Of a stretch of 64,000 nt of DNA, positions 52,488-64,000 are shown one piece after another (position 1 is the first letter of the stretch; every line of letters begins with the position of its first letter). The position numbers and the translations under genes were made by a program. The notes under the pieces are model-generated. The model made no database searches. It was not told the origin of the DNA and saw nothing but the letters and a program-made list of their open reading frames with translations. Source of the stretch: Trichosphaerium sp. ATCC 40318 (lineage: Eukaryota; Protista; Tubulinea); assembly GCA_038496445.1 (NCBI GenBank), contig JALMLS010000015.1:620001-684000 (forward strand). Reading direction: 5' to 3'.

Positions 52488-54944
52488 CTAAAAGGCTGAG
52501 GTATTTGCTTGGCTCATAGCTGCCAATTGGTTTCCACTTCTGAGAGACCAAGGTACAATTGCCTTTCGGAGAGGTTTGACCACAAACACAGAAATGGTGA
52601 ACACAACACATACCTGTGTCAAAAAAAGTAAGCATGGTGTAATTAATGATGTACACTACATACCAACAAGAATACAAATGTTACACCAAGTGCTATTGCC
52701 ATAGTACTACTCTCAGTACTTTTAGTAGAACATTTATCTTGTGTTAGAAATACAACAAGTCCTGTTGTTGACAGCTGCTGATCATGATCAACACAATCGT
52801 AAGTGATGACTTGAGCAGTCCCATTTATACAAGGTGATGAAATAGCATTGATCTCTTTATCAGATGATGTGTCCACTCCTGATACATCAATCACAAATGA
52901 ACTGTTTTGTAGTATCACTAAGCATCCTAAATACAAGAAAAATGTAAATACAGTACTGATTACATATTATACGACAATACTTTACCTTTTACAGTAAGAA
53001 TAGGAGTTGTTTCATCATCGAATACTAGAATCACTTCACCTTTGTTTGTAAAATCACCTTCGATCACTGTAGGTGCACTTACAGTCACAGTGGTATCCGG
53101 AGTTATGATAATATTTGATTCAATGACACATGTTGTCGTTGGATCGCATTGAAGACAAGAATTACTCTCACATTCAACTGGTTTGTTGTGAGCACTTTGT
53201 GTTGGAGGAAGCGATGGCTGCGTGATTAGTGAGGTTGGTGAATCAGTGGTCGGAGCAGTAGTGAATGGTGTGAGCTTTGCTAGAATATATTAAGAACTGT
53301 CTATTCCTCATGTTACGTACGAATACATTGAAACAAACCATCATGCGGTTCAATAAAGGCAATGTAAAATTCATATATAACCTTATTTCACAGTTAAGAA
53401 AAATAACATAAAACTCCTTTTAACGCACAACAAGAATACATTGGTTTCTGTCGAGAATACCTTCTAACTTATTAGACTCAGTAAGTGGTACACTCTTCAT
53501 TAAAGGATTGTCCTGTTAATTTTTAGTTTGTTGTGAGCGCTATAGACTCACCAATTGTGCGGTTGAAGAAAAAATCACACTTCTGTTCGCTATGTCATAG
53601 CGCAAGTATATGAATGGAGATACTTGTGATATATCAAAAGTGTTTACTGCAATTGATGGCGCAGCATAGGTAAACGCTATATTCTTTTCAGTATATGAAG
53701 CGAAGCCACATGCCATGTGAGGCACTTCAAATTGTGCTGTAACCGCCGTATACAGCTCTCTCTCGATTGTAATAACCAAAGCTGATGTGAATGGATTGTA
53801 GTCAAGGAATACTATCTTTGTTATATCATCTGTTTGATTCAATACATATTGTGTAACGTTCTTGAAGTGAAGGTTAATTCTTAGTCAAGTTACATACGAG
53901 GCTGCTAAAGACGTACAATCTGTAGAAGGATATCAGAGAATGTAAACTTAATATTATTGCCATTTATTGATGCATGTAGAAAACATGTAGGACTAAGTAC
54001 TGTGAACGCTGAATCTATTTTACCCACATCTATGTTAACTACACCAACACAAAGTCAGCGTATCACTGATTTGTTTTGATTTAGAAGTACGTACTAAGCA
54101 TAGGTCCTGTTGATTGTCTTAAATCATACGTATCGGCAAAATCACCAATTCCCACAAAATGAAAATTAGCAAAGTATTGACCTAACGCTGAGTTAGAGCC
54201 TAAATCATAATTTTGTCGTACCAAATCTTGAGAGGAATGTGTATGATTTCACAGTGCCATAGTCTACATTTGGAACCACAACTGTTGAATTGACTGAAAT
54301 GTTCTAAGAAGCACGTGAGTGCGGATTATAAAAAGACTGATGTGGCACCTGCGCTGCTAGATTGATGTTAAAGAATGTAACAGCAAAGCCCATTTCGGTT
54401 TTGTGAAGCATAGCAAACGTTAGAGAATCGCTCGTATCAGTTGAAACAGTGAGATCAGGGTATTCAATGCCTGGAATGAACAAAGGTGCAAACGTGTGAT
54501 TATCAGCGAGGCAATCTGTGGTAAGCGAAGTGAATAGTAATACAATAAGGTTTAATTACCTTCAATGGTTGTCACTCGGAGTAATATACCTTGCTCTGGT
54601 ACCTCTACATGTTATTAGCAACACATCTCGATGCAAGATACTTTTGAAAAACTTTTGGTATAAATCACAAGTCTCTACAAAAAGATTACTTCGCACCATT
54701 TCGCGCATCAGCAGCAAAAATGTAATACGTTGTATTGTATGTTTCTACAGCGCCCATTACTTGGCCAGAAAGCAATCTTACGTTTGGTACTGATAGTATT
54801 CCACTATAATAAAACTGATCCACTTGCGGCGTTTGCGCGAAGGATACTAACACCATCAATTAAAACATAACTAAATGACAACATACCTGTCGATAACAAT
54901 ATCGAGAGAGCCAGAAAAATGGCAGGTGATGCAGTAGCTACCAT
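52488..54944 (-). CDS. Type I membrane surface protein, family member 1
   Basis: Signal peptide MVATASPAIFLALSILLST, beta-rich ectodomain, Pro/Ser/Thr linker, Cys module CESNSCLQCDPTTTCVI, TM, tail KPLRKAIVPWSLR. Confidence 0.72.
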
Positions 54945-56247
54945 GCTTATCAATCTTTAGCTTCGTTTCGGGTATTGTCACGTGATGACGCTATATTAAG
55001 GATGGTTAATTAAGGAGTCAAAAAACGTGAACCACTTAAAACTAACCATAATTATCTACAAGAACAACTCCGCTTCGATTCTCAAACTTCAAAATGTGAA
55101 AAAATTAGTAAAACAGTAAAGTGTTCCAGGAAAAATGCTCTGCAAAGTTTCTTTAGTTCTTCCGTATTTACTGTTGTACTGGTTATCCTAACTCCTTAAA
55201 AGGGTAATTTTAGCAGATTAGTGTGGCTTAGTGTTCACTGGCATAGTGGATTTCGTTGCTGGGCTCATAGACGGTAAATCTACGCTCATTCAGTGTATTA
55301 CGGCGCTTTTAGACTTATTGGAGCAACTTTATTTGAAATCGCGATCAATCTTGTATTGGCCTTCGCTTCCAGCAAACATACCGAATATTGGCACGTGAGT
55401 ATTCTTATTTGGATTATTTCGTACTAGTTGGGTCTTGTACTGCTATTATACTCTGGAATTGTGTAAAGCGCGTGATAAGAGTTTACAGGTGAATGACCCT
55501 CTTTTAAACGGAAAACCTAAATAAAAAAAAGTGTCATGGCGTTGCTTACAGCCATAGTATGGTACGCTAAACGATTACTTACGCTATTCATTAATGTTGT
55601 TCAAGGTATATGCTTGTTTCTATGTTTCAATTGTAGGTGGCATGCTATATAAGGAAGTCTAGCTTACAGCTACGCCAAAAAGAGGTCAAGACCACTCCCC
55701 GGTCTGTATGTTTTGTATCTGGTGCTACTGTTTCATTTCTTGCCATTCTAAGCACGTGGCACAATAAATAAACAGGTTGAGATTTTATATCAGCAAAGCT
55801 TGTCACTTTTTTGATTGTTTAGTATTTTTTACGTTAATAATTTCATTCAAGTGTAATGAAAGAAACAATCACAAATTAACGTAAAAAATATTGTGCTTCG
55901 TGAAGACCTAATGTTAGGTATCCAGTGCATTAAATCAAGCACAGAATCACGTTTAGTCAAGAGCTCAAAAATTACAGTATGACCTTGATTGACTGAACGC
56001 ACAACTTATCGTAAAACGCACATGGTGCTCAACTAAGATTATCCGAAACGACTTAGCAAGTGTCAACAATAAGCTGTACACGTGATTGTGTTATTTAGGT
56101 TATATATTCAAAGAATTTATATTAACGCTCTTTAACAGCATGTCATTACTACGCTGCTAATAATCAATGAATGATAAAGGGCTATTTGAATATAAAACCA
56201 AATGGAATTAACACACAAGGTAGTTACGTCTAGTACCTATCACACTA

Positions 56248-57696
56248 ATGACATATCAGAGCTATACCAAAAAAGTGGATCATTGTGGTATATCGTGCCT
56301 CCCAGTTGAGCTGCAACTTGATATTTTAGATTTAGACTTTGAAGTTTACATCAAGTGGCCGCTTTTATCAAGGTACACAGCATTGACAAGGTTTGACAGC
56401 AACCTGGAAAAACATGGAAAGTGGGTACAATATCACTATAATTATAGCTGGCAACTGAAAGTTCGAGAGTATTTCAGGCACGGTCTGCGTCATGGAACAC
56501 GCACAGAGTGGGGAATAAACGGTGATTTAGATAGCGAGCACCAATACATAAATGGTAAATTGGAAGGAGCGCGCACGTGGTTTGGCGTAGGCCTATCGAA
56601 GAAGCGGTGCTACTACTCTAATGATAAGCGAGAAGGAGAGTATAGTAGCTGGAGTTGTTTTGGCCTATTGCAAGAGCAGTACCATTTTGTCAATGATAAG
56701 CTAGAAGGCGAGTACAAGTGTTGGTATTCACATGGCCAGCCTGATAAACAGTGTTATTACATCAATGATAAGTTGTATGGGGAGTGCAAGTATTGGTATT
56801 ATACTGGCCATTTGAAAGAACAATGTTATTACATCGATGGCGAACAACAGGGAGAGTACAAGTATTGGTATGAAAATGGCCAATTGAAAGAACAATGCTA
56901 TTACATCAACGATAAGAGGGAAGGAGAATACAAATGTAGGTATGACAGTGGCCAATTGAAAGAACAATGTTATTACATCAATGATATTCGGGAAGGAGAA
57001 TACAAATGGTGGTATGAAAGTGGACAACTGAAAGAACAATATTATTACATCAATGATAAGCGAGAAGGAGAGTACAAGTATTGGTATGACAGTGGCCAAT
57101 TGAAAGAACAATGCTATTACATCAATGATAAGCGAGAAGGGCAGTTCAAGGAGTGGAGTTATAATGGTCGCTTGATCGTTTGCATGACATTTGTAACTGG
57201 GAAGATAAAAGAAGAACAGCAATATGAATATTGGTATGGCAATGACCTATTGAAGGAACAATGTTGTTATATTAATGGCAAGCGAGAAGGAGAGTGCAAA
57301 TATTGGTATGACAATGGCCAATTAAAAGAACAATGTTATTATATTGATGACGAACGACAGGGAGAGTACAAGTATTGGTATGAAAATGGCCAATTGAAAG
57401 AGCAATGCTATTACATCAATAATAGGCGGTATGAGGAGTTCAAGTATTGGTATGACAGTGGCCAATTGAAAGAACAATGCTATTACATCAATGGTAAGCG
57501 AGAAGGAGAGTACAAGTATTGGCGTGACAATGGCCAATTAAAAGAACAATGCTATTACATCAATGATAAGCGAGAAGGGCAGTTCAAGGAGTGGAGTAAT
57601 GGTCGCTTGATAGTTCACATGACGTTTGTAACTGGGATGATAAAAGAAGTACATCAATATGAATATTGTGGTCATATCCTTCAAGCCCCATCATAA
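56248..57696 (+). CDS. F-box-like + MORN-variant repeat protein, intronless
   Basis: CLPVELQLDILDL N-terminus; tandem 24-aa (72-bp) units QLKEQCYYINDKREGEYKYWYDSG. Confidence 0.88.
   Translation: MTYQSYTKKVDHCGISCLPVELQLDILDLDFEVYIKWPLLSRYTALTRFDSNLEKHGKWVQYHYNYSWQLKVREYFRHGLRHGTRTEWGINGDLDSEHQYINGKLEGARTWFGVGLSKKRCYYSNDKREGEYSSWSCFGLLQEQYHFVNDKLEGEYKCWYSHGQPDKQCYYINDKLYGECKYWYYTGHLKEQCYYIDGEQQGEYKYWYENGQLKEQCYYINDKREGEYKCRYDSGQLKEQCYYINDIREGEYKWWYESGQLKEQYYYINDKREGEYKYWYDSGQLKEQCYYINDKREGQFKEWSYNGRLIVCMTFVTGKIKEEQQYEYWYGNDLLKEQCCYINGKREGECKYWYDNGQLKEQCYYIDDERQGEYKYWYENGQLKEQCYYINNRRYEEFKYWYDSGQLKEQCYYINGKREGEYKYWRDNGQLKEQCYYINDKREGQFKEWSNGRLIVHMTFVTGMIKEVHQYEYCGHILQAPS
56730..57670 (+). repeat. 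Coding 72-bp tandem array with a higher-order duplication
   Basis: Near-identical 72-bp units; the atypical unit GQFKEWS..GRLIVxMTFVTG occurs twice. Confidence 0.88.
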
Positions 57697-57880
57697 GACA
57701 GCATTGACAATCTGGAGAAAAAGGAATAAATCATCCATGAAAGACATATGTGGTGTAAAACTGGCATGTGGTTTACTATACAGGCATAACTGTTGTAGGA
57801 AAATAAAGAGAATAGCTTTGAGTTTATTGTGGAAAAACTGCTGTCACAGTTGTAGCTTTAATTATTTTTGAAACGAAATG

Positions 57881-60446
57881 TTATAAGGCTGAGTTATTTA
57901 CTTGGTTCATGGCAAGTTGTTCTTTTGGTTTTCTGAGAGACCAAGGTACAATCACCTTTCTTAGAGGTCGAAAGACAAACACAGCTACGATTATCACTGC
58001 CAAAATCTAAAAAAATGACAATTAAGTGGAAATGTTTCCTACGAGTTACAAAGACAACTTACCAATAAGAATCCAAATGTTACTCCAAGTGATATTGCTA
58101 TTGTGTTGCTATTATTGGAGCATTCTCCTGCTATGATAAGCAATACAAGCCCAGTTGACAAAATTGTTGTTCATGATCAACACAATCACGAGTGATGACT
58201 TGAACAGTGCCATTTATACAAGGTGATGAAATAACATTGATCTCTTTATCAGATGATGTGTCCACTCCTGATACATCAATCACAAATGAACTGTTTGGTA
58301 GTATCACTAAGCATCCTAAATACAAGAAAAATGTAAATACAGTGATTACATATGACAATATCATACCTTTTACAGTAAGAATAGGAGTTGTTTCATCATC
58401 GAATACTAGAATCACTTCACCTTTGTTTGTGAAATCACCTTCGATCACTGTAGGCGCTATTACGCTCACAGTAGTATCAGACGGTACAATAACGTTCGTT
58501 CCAATGACGCATGTTGTCATTGGATCGCATTGAAGACAAGAACTATTTGTACACTCAACTGTTTTTTTTGGCGCAGTCGGCAATATAGATGGAGCTACAG
58601 GCAAAACGGCGGAAGGAGCAATATGAAATGACGGAAAAGAGCTTGGTGCTGACGGATACACAGATGGAGATACAGGCGTAAGGGTAGAAGGACCACTATG
58701 AACCGACGGAATAGATGTTGGCACTGATGGAGACATTGTTGGTTGCGAAGTGCTAATCGTGGCTTTGATAATAATTAATACTGAACTGCTTTGTTAATTA
58801 CGTACAACAATTAAATAAATAATCACGTGATTGAATAAAGGCAGTGTATTGGTTTGTTTCTGATGATAGCAACACCTTTGATTTTAAGATCGTAAGAAAA
58901 ATAAAGTAGAGGGACATCGAACAACGTACAACAAGAAGGCAGTATTGTTTGTCAAGAATGCCTTGGATTACTGTTAGATTACCATTTTGAGTTGTTATTT
59001 CCTTCTGTAATGTGTTATTCTACGTAACATGTTAACTCCAAAAGTTTACGTATTAGCAATACCATTTGTGGACTTGAGGAAAAAGATACTGTACTTGTAC
59101 TTTCGTTGAAGTGAATATAGATGAAAGGAGATACTTGTGATATATCTTTCGTGTTTACAGCTATTGTAGGCGCTTCATCAACAGGTATAAGATATTCGAA
59201 CAAGGGCACAGGAATCGAATATATTTCTGTTGCGAAACCCAAACGTTTTATCTTTATGGTTCCAAACTGGAATTGTGTTATAACAGAAATTCCTGTTTCT
59301 AGGAGTGTTTGCATAACACCAGACCTTCCTGAATTAAACTCAAGAAATTGAATTGACTGTATTCCAGTTTGATTGACAATATTGGAGATATCACTTGTAT
59401 CCCAATCCCCAAGCTAAAATCATTAGAACCTTTTGTCAGTTAGTTGTAAGAATGTACAATATTAAACCCAGATGTATTGAAGATTCGAAATGTGACATTT
59501 TGTTCGTAAGCACGCATCTGATGTAAGTAAGTAGTGTTTAGCATGATGATTGAGAACGTCGAATCTAATGCTGTATTATTTCCATCTACATTAAGTAAGT
59601 GGATTGAACACTTGACAAGATAGTGTACGGTGAATGAGTGTTGGTTCTTTGTATTGATAAATCTCAAACATCTTTTCTGTACTCTCCTCTGTGTTAATAA
59701 AATGAACAAAATATCGACCTAAAACTTGTCATTTCCAATATAGTGTCTAGCTTCATACCTGCATTTGACACGAAAGTGTACGATGTTGCGGAGTCTACTT
59801 GACCTTCAAATGAAACAGTAGAATTTGTTAAAATGGCCTTTCTAATTTCAGCACGTGATAGAAAGTAATTTTGGAGGAACCTTCGTTGGCATGTCAAGGC
59901 TCAAGAATATTGCCCCAAAGCTAGTTTCGTTTCTATGCATCACAACAAATTTTGGAGAATCGCTTAGGTCGACAGTATTGGTTAACTTGGGTTCTCTGAC
60001 GCCTGGAATGAAGAATGGCATGAACGTTTGGTTGCCAGCAAGCCAATCTATTGCCGATAGATAAGTAAAAATAAAACATGTTCTTTGCTTACCATCAATG
60101 GTAGTCACTGATATAGTTATACCGGGAATAGCAAACACTACAAAGCAGGTAAAAAGAGTGTAATATTTAGAGTGTAATTTTTATTTCAGGTGCACCTGCG
60201 TTTGCTGCGAAGATATAGTATGTGGCGTCACGTGTTTCTAAACAGCCCATATTCGATACACCGATTGATGATATTCCAGGACCTTGTAATATGTGACGCG
60301 ACTCAAAAAACTCATCTAATGGCGGTGTTGACGCGAACGCTGCTATAAAATAAACATCAATATCTCTTTCTATCTATTTGGGTTTCATTACCAGGCATTG
60401 ATAATACGATTGAGTACATCATAATACTCACAACATAACTAAACAT
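57881..60446 (-). CDS. Type I membrane surface protein, member 2 (1-nt frameshift before the TM)
   Basis: Signal peptide at 60446; paralog of members 1 and 3; CAACAATTTTGTC versus CAACAACTTTTGTC in member 3. Confidence 0.68.
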
Positions 60447-60874
60447 CTGCTTGTTCTTCATATATTGTCACGTGGTTGAGATTGTTCACGTGTTGATATG
60501 ACTATTTGGGTCAAGGCTATTAGCACAGACCATACTATATGCCTTTCAACAATACACACTAGGGGGAAAGTTGAGAGTATACTGGAAGTTTTTTCAAGGT
60601 GTCGTTTCTCTAAAAAAAGGATTGGAGATTTCAACAACTTCATATCACTAAAAACGATTGTGTACAAGCGTATAGAAGCGAAAACTCACATAAAAAAATA
60701 GTTTCGCGAATATACAGTTCCGTGACATATTTAATTTAATTGACAATTCAAGTCAAATCATAAAATTCTTGTTCGCTTAACATTAAACATCATCAAAAAG
60801 AAAGGTTTGGTTTGTGATTAAGTTGAATGGAGCTCGATAGAATGTGTTTGGATAGTTTGCTTTGATGGAAGATG

Positions 60875-61912
60875 TTATTTTAAACACGTGAAATAAAACA
60901 AAGTGAGAATCCCAACTATAAAGTCAGGTTCTAAAATCATAAAGCTGCTTGGTGTTGCGACAAGTGGTAAAGGTCTATCTGTGCTTTGTACAACCGTTGA
61001 AGGTGCAGGATTAGAGACATCCTAAATGAGACAAAACGCGTAAGTTAACAATTTGTTGTTCTTATCCTACCTATATTATTTGTAGTCTGTGATACCAAAG
61101 TAGCGTTATTTATGAAGTTTGCAACAACAATTGTAGATTGAATAGTACTTGTTCCTAAAAATATATATGAGAACATGTACAACGAAATATAGAACTTAAC
61201 GTACGTGCAACAGTGACAGAAACCGTTGTGCTTGCCTGACGTTTGTTTGTCACTGGTTGTTGAGCACTTCTGTGATGTTTGGATCAATGCCCATTCCTGT
61301 GGAAACCTCATTTTGAATACCAGTGAGAGTGTTGTCATCCAAAGCAACTGACGCCTCTAAAAAGTAGTATTGAGGTTAAGGATGTGCTGGGAAAATCGTA
61401 CCATCAGTAATACACCTTGTATCTGGGTCAGAGCTGTCAAAGTTGATCACTCCTCTTCCGAGAATCCATCCCTGACCCACCTGAGAAGTCGAATCTGAAC
61501 TGTCCTGATGCAGGATAAAACGGGCAGTTCCAGGAAATAAAGTTGGCTGAGTTGTTATTGATACATCACCATCAGATATCATATTATTTTCACTATTCGC
61601 AACCATAATTGCTTGTGTATCCTTCAAGTGTCACTTTTGGCTACAAATCGTAAAGAATTAAAGTGAACATGTTGCCTACTAAGATACAATCAAGTCGAGG
61701 CTCAATCTAACAAATAAATTAATGTAACGAAAGTTGCAACATCATACATTTGGAAAAGGGTTGATGATGGAGTCCAACAAGTATATTCGGTGTTGGAGGC
61801 TTTGTAGTCAGCAGATGAATAGGAGGAATACTTGGACGAGGTGTTGGCACAACAGTCACAGCAGTTGGAGAAACAGGTTCAGCTGTAAGAGGCAGTTCAG
61901 GGAGTGAAGTTA
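60875..61912 (-). pseudogene. 5'-truncated gene for a Pro/Thr-rich, probably GPI-anchored protein
   Basis: Spliced exons ending in hydrophobic PSSFMILEPDFIVGILTLFYFTCLK; reading frame begins abruptly with no in-frame ATG or signal peptide. Confidence 0.5.
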
Positions 61913-62073
61913 CCCATCATAAGACATATGTGGTGTAAAACTGGCATGTGGTTTATTATACAGGCACAATTGCTTTAGAAAATACATAGAAAAGCTTTAG
62001 TTTTTTTCACAACTTGTTTAATCTGGAAAACTGGTGTCACAGGTTGTAGCTTTTTTATTTTTGAAACGAAATG

Positions 62074-64000
62074 TTATAAGGCTGAGTTATTTACTTGGTT
62101 CATGGCAAGTTGTTCTTTTGGTTTTCTGAGAGACCAAGGTACAATCACCTTTCTTAGAGGTCGAAAGACAAACACAGCTACGATTATCACTGCCAAAATC
62201 TAAAAAAATGACAATTAAGTGGAAATGTTTCCTACGAGTTACAAAGACAACTTACCAATAAGAATCCAAATGTTACTCCAAGTGATATTGCTATTGTGGT
62301 GCTATCACTGGAGCATTCTCCTGCTATGATAAGCAATACAAGTCCAGTTGACAAAAGTTGTTGCTCATGATCAACACAATCACGAGTGATTACTTGAACA
62401 GTCCCATTTATACAAGGTGATGAAATAACATTGATCTCTTTATCAGATGATGTGTCCACTCCTGATACATCAATCACAAATGAACTGTTTGGTAATATCA
62501 CTAAGCATCCTAAATACATTGTTACTTATTAATATACTACAATACTTTACCTTTTACAGTAAGAATAGGAGTTGTTTCATCATCGAATACTAGAATCACT
62601 TCACCTTTGTTTATGAAATCACCTTCGATCACTGTAGGCGCTATTATGCTCACAGAAGTATCGGATGGTACTACAACGTTCGTTTCAATGACGCATGTTG
62701 TCATTGGATCGCATTGAAGACAAGAATTACTCTCACATTCAACTGTTTTGTTGTGAAAACTTGGAGTAGTTGTGTTCACAACTGTATTGTTTGGAGCACT
62801 TGGAAATACTGATGGAGATACAGGCGAATGTGTAGATGGAATAGAGGTTGCTGCTGACGGAAAATTTGTTGGTGGTAAAGTGTTGTTTGTTGCTATCAAA
62901 ATAATTAATAGTGAACTGCTTTGTTAATTACGTACAACAATTAAATAAATAATCACGTGATTGAATAAAGGCAGTGTATTGGTTTGTTTCTGATGATAGC
63001 AACACCTTTGATTTTGAAGTTAATAACAATGGAAGAGAAAGTAAACGACGTACAACAAGAAGGCAGTATTGTTTGTCAAGAATGCCTTGGATTACTGTTA
63101 GATTACCATTTTGAGTTGTTATTTCCTTCTGTAATGTGTTATTCTACATAACATGTTAACTCCAAAAGTTTGCGTATTAGCAATACCATTTGTGGACTTG
63201 AGGAAAATGATACTGTACTTGTACTTTCGTTGAAGTGAATATAGATGAAAGGAGATACTTGTGATATATCTTTCGTGTTTACAGCTGTTGTAGGAGCTTC
63301 ATCAAACGGCAGACGATGTTCGAATAAGGGTATGGGAATTGTCCATATCATTGTTATTTGTGGGTGGAATAGTGTAAGCGTTGTAAATCCAAAAAGTGTA
63401 AAAACAGAAATTCCTGTTTCTAGGAGTGTTTGCATAACACCAGACCTTCCTGAATTAAACTCAAGAAATTGAATTGATTGTATTCCAGTTTGATTGAAAA
63501 CATTGAAAGCCTTTCTATCATTCTCCCCAAACTAAAATTATTAACGGCTTTGTCAATTATAAGAACGTACAAAGGTAAACCCAGATGTATTAAAGATTTG
63601 AAGGGTCACATTATTTTCATAAGCGCGCATCTGATATAAAAAAGTAGTTGTTGTTTTTATGAGTGTGAATGTCGAATCTAATCCTGTATCATTTGTATCT
63701 ACATTAAGTAAGTGGACCGATGCGATAAGATAGTATACGGTGAATGAGTGTTGGTTCTTTGTATTGATGAATCTCAAACATCTTTTCTGTGCTCTCCTCT
63801 GTGTTAATAAAATGAACAAAATATCTACCTAAAACTTGTCATCTTCAACATCTATTGTTTAGATTCGCACCTGCATTTGAAAGGAATGTGTATGACATTG
63901 CGAAGTCTGCTTGACCTTCAAACGATACAGTAGAATTTATCAAAATCGCCTAAAATAAAAACCCTGTCAACACGTGATACGAAGAAAGTAATTTCTTGGA
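62074..64000 (-). CDS. Type I membrane surface protein, member 3 (5' end outside window)
   Basis: Aligns with member 2, including introns and 3' flank. Confidence 0.75.

Noticed and set aside
56730-57670. Regular repeats resembling a CRISPR array
   Set aside because: Contiguous in-frame 72-bp coding units with no unique spacers; eukaryotic context, no cas genes.
50861-57696. Integrated giant-virus segment
   Set aside because: No viral core genes (capsid, polymerase, packaging ATPase); virus-like genes are interspersed singly among intron-rich host genes.

Overview
Gene-dense, AT-rich eukaryotic nuclear DNA with many short (about 40-200 nt) spliceosomal introns and the standard genetic code (TAA, TAG and TGA all end conserved genes). 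It is probably an aerobic amoeboid protist (Amoebozoa-like; inferred from gene content only). Housekeeping genes: myosin, RING protein, peroxisomal crotonase, NDUFB10-like subunit, LDB/SEUSS cofactor, DRP5A/Dlp-type dynamin, PFKFB, CC2D1/Lgd, endonuclease III and two Ras-family GTPases. They are interleaved with recently duplicated, mostly intron-poor accessory genes: F-box-LRR, F-box-like beta-propeller, F-box-like MORN-repeat, two STE20-type pseudokinases and a tandem family of variable surface proteins, several in inverted segmental duplications. The non-coding highlight is 10.5-14.8 kb. It holds a full U2 snRNA, a convergent compact U2-like candidate with its own Sm site, a promoter-bearing truncated U2 that folds back on itself, and an unidentified GC-rich structured RNA candidate with RNase P/MRP-like topology. 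Gene models were spliced by eye, so boundaries are approximate. No database searches were run.
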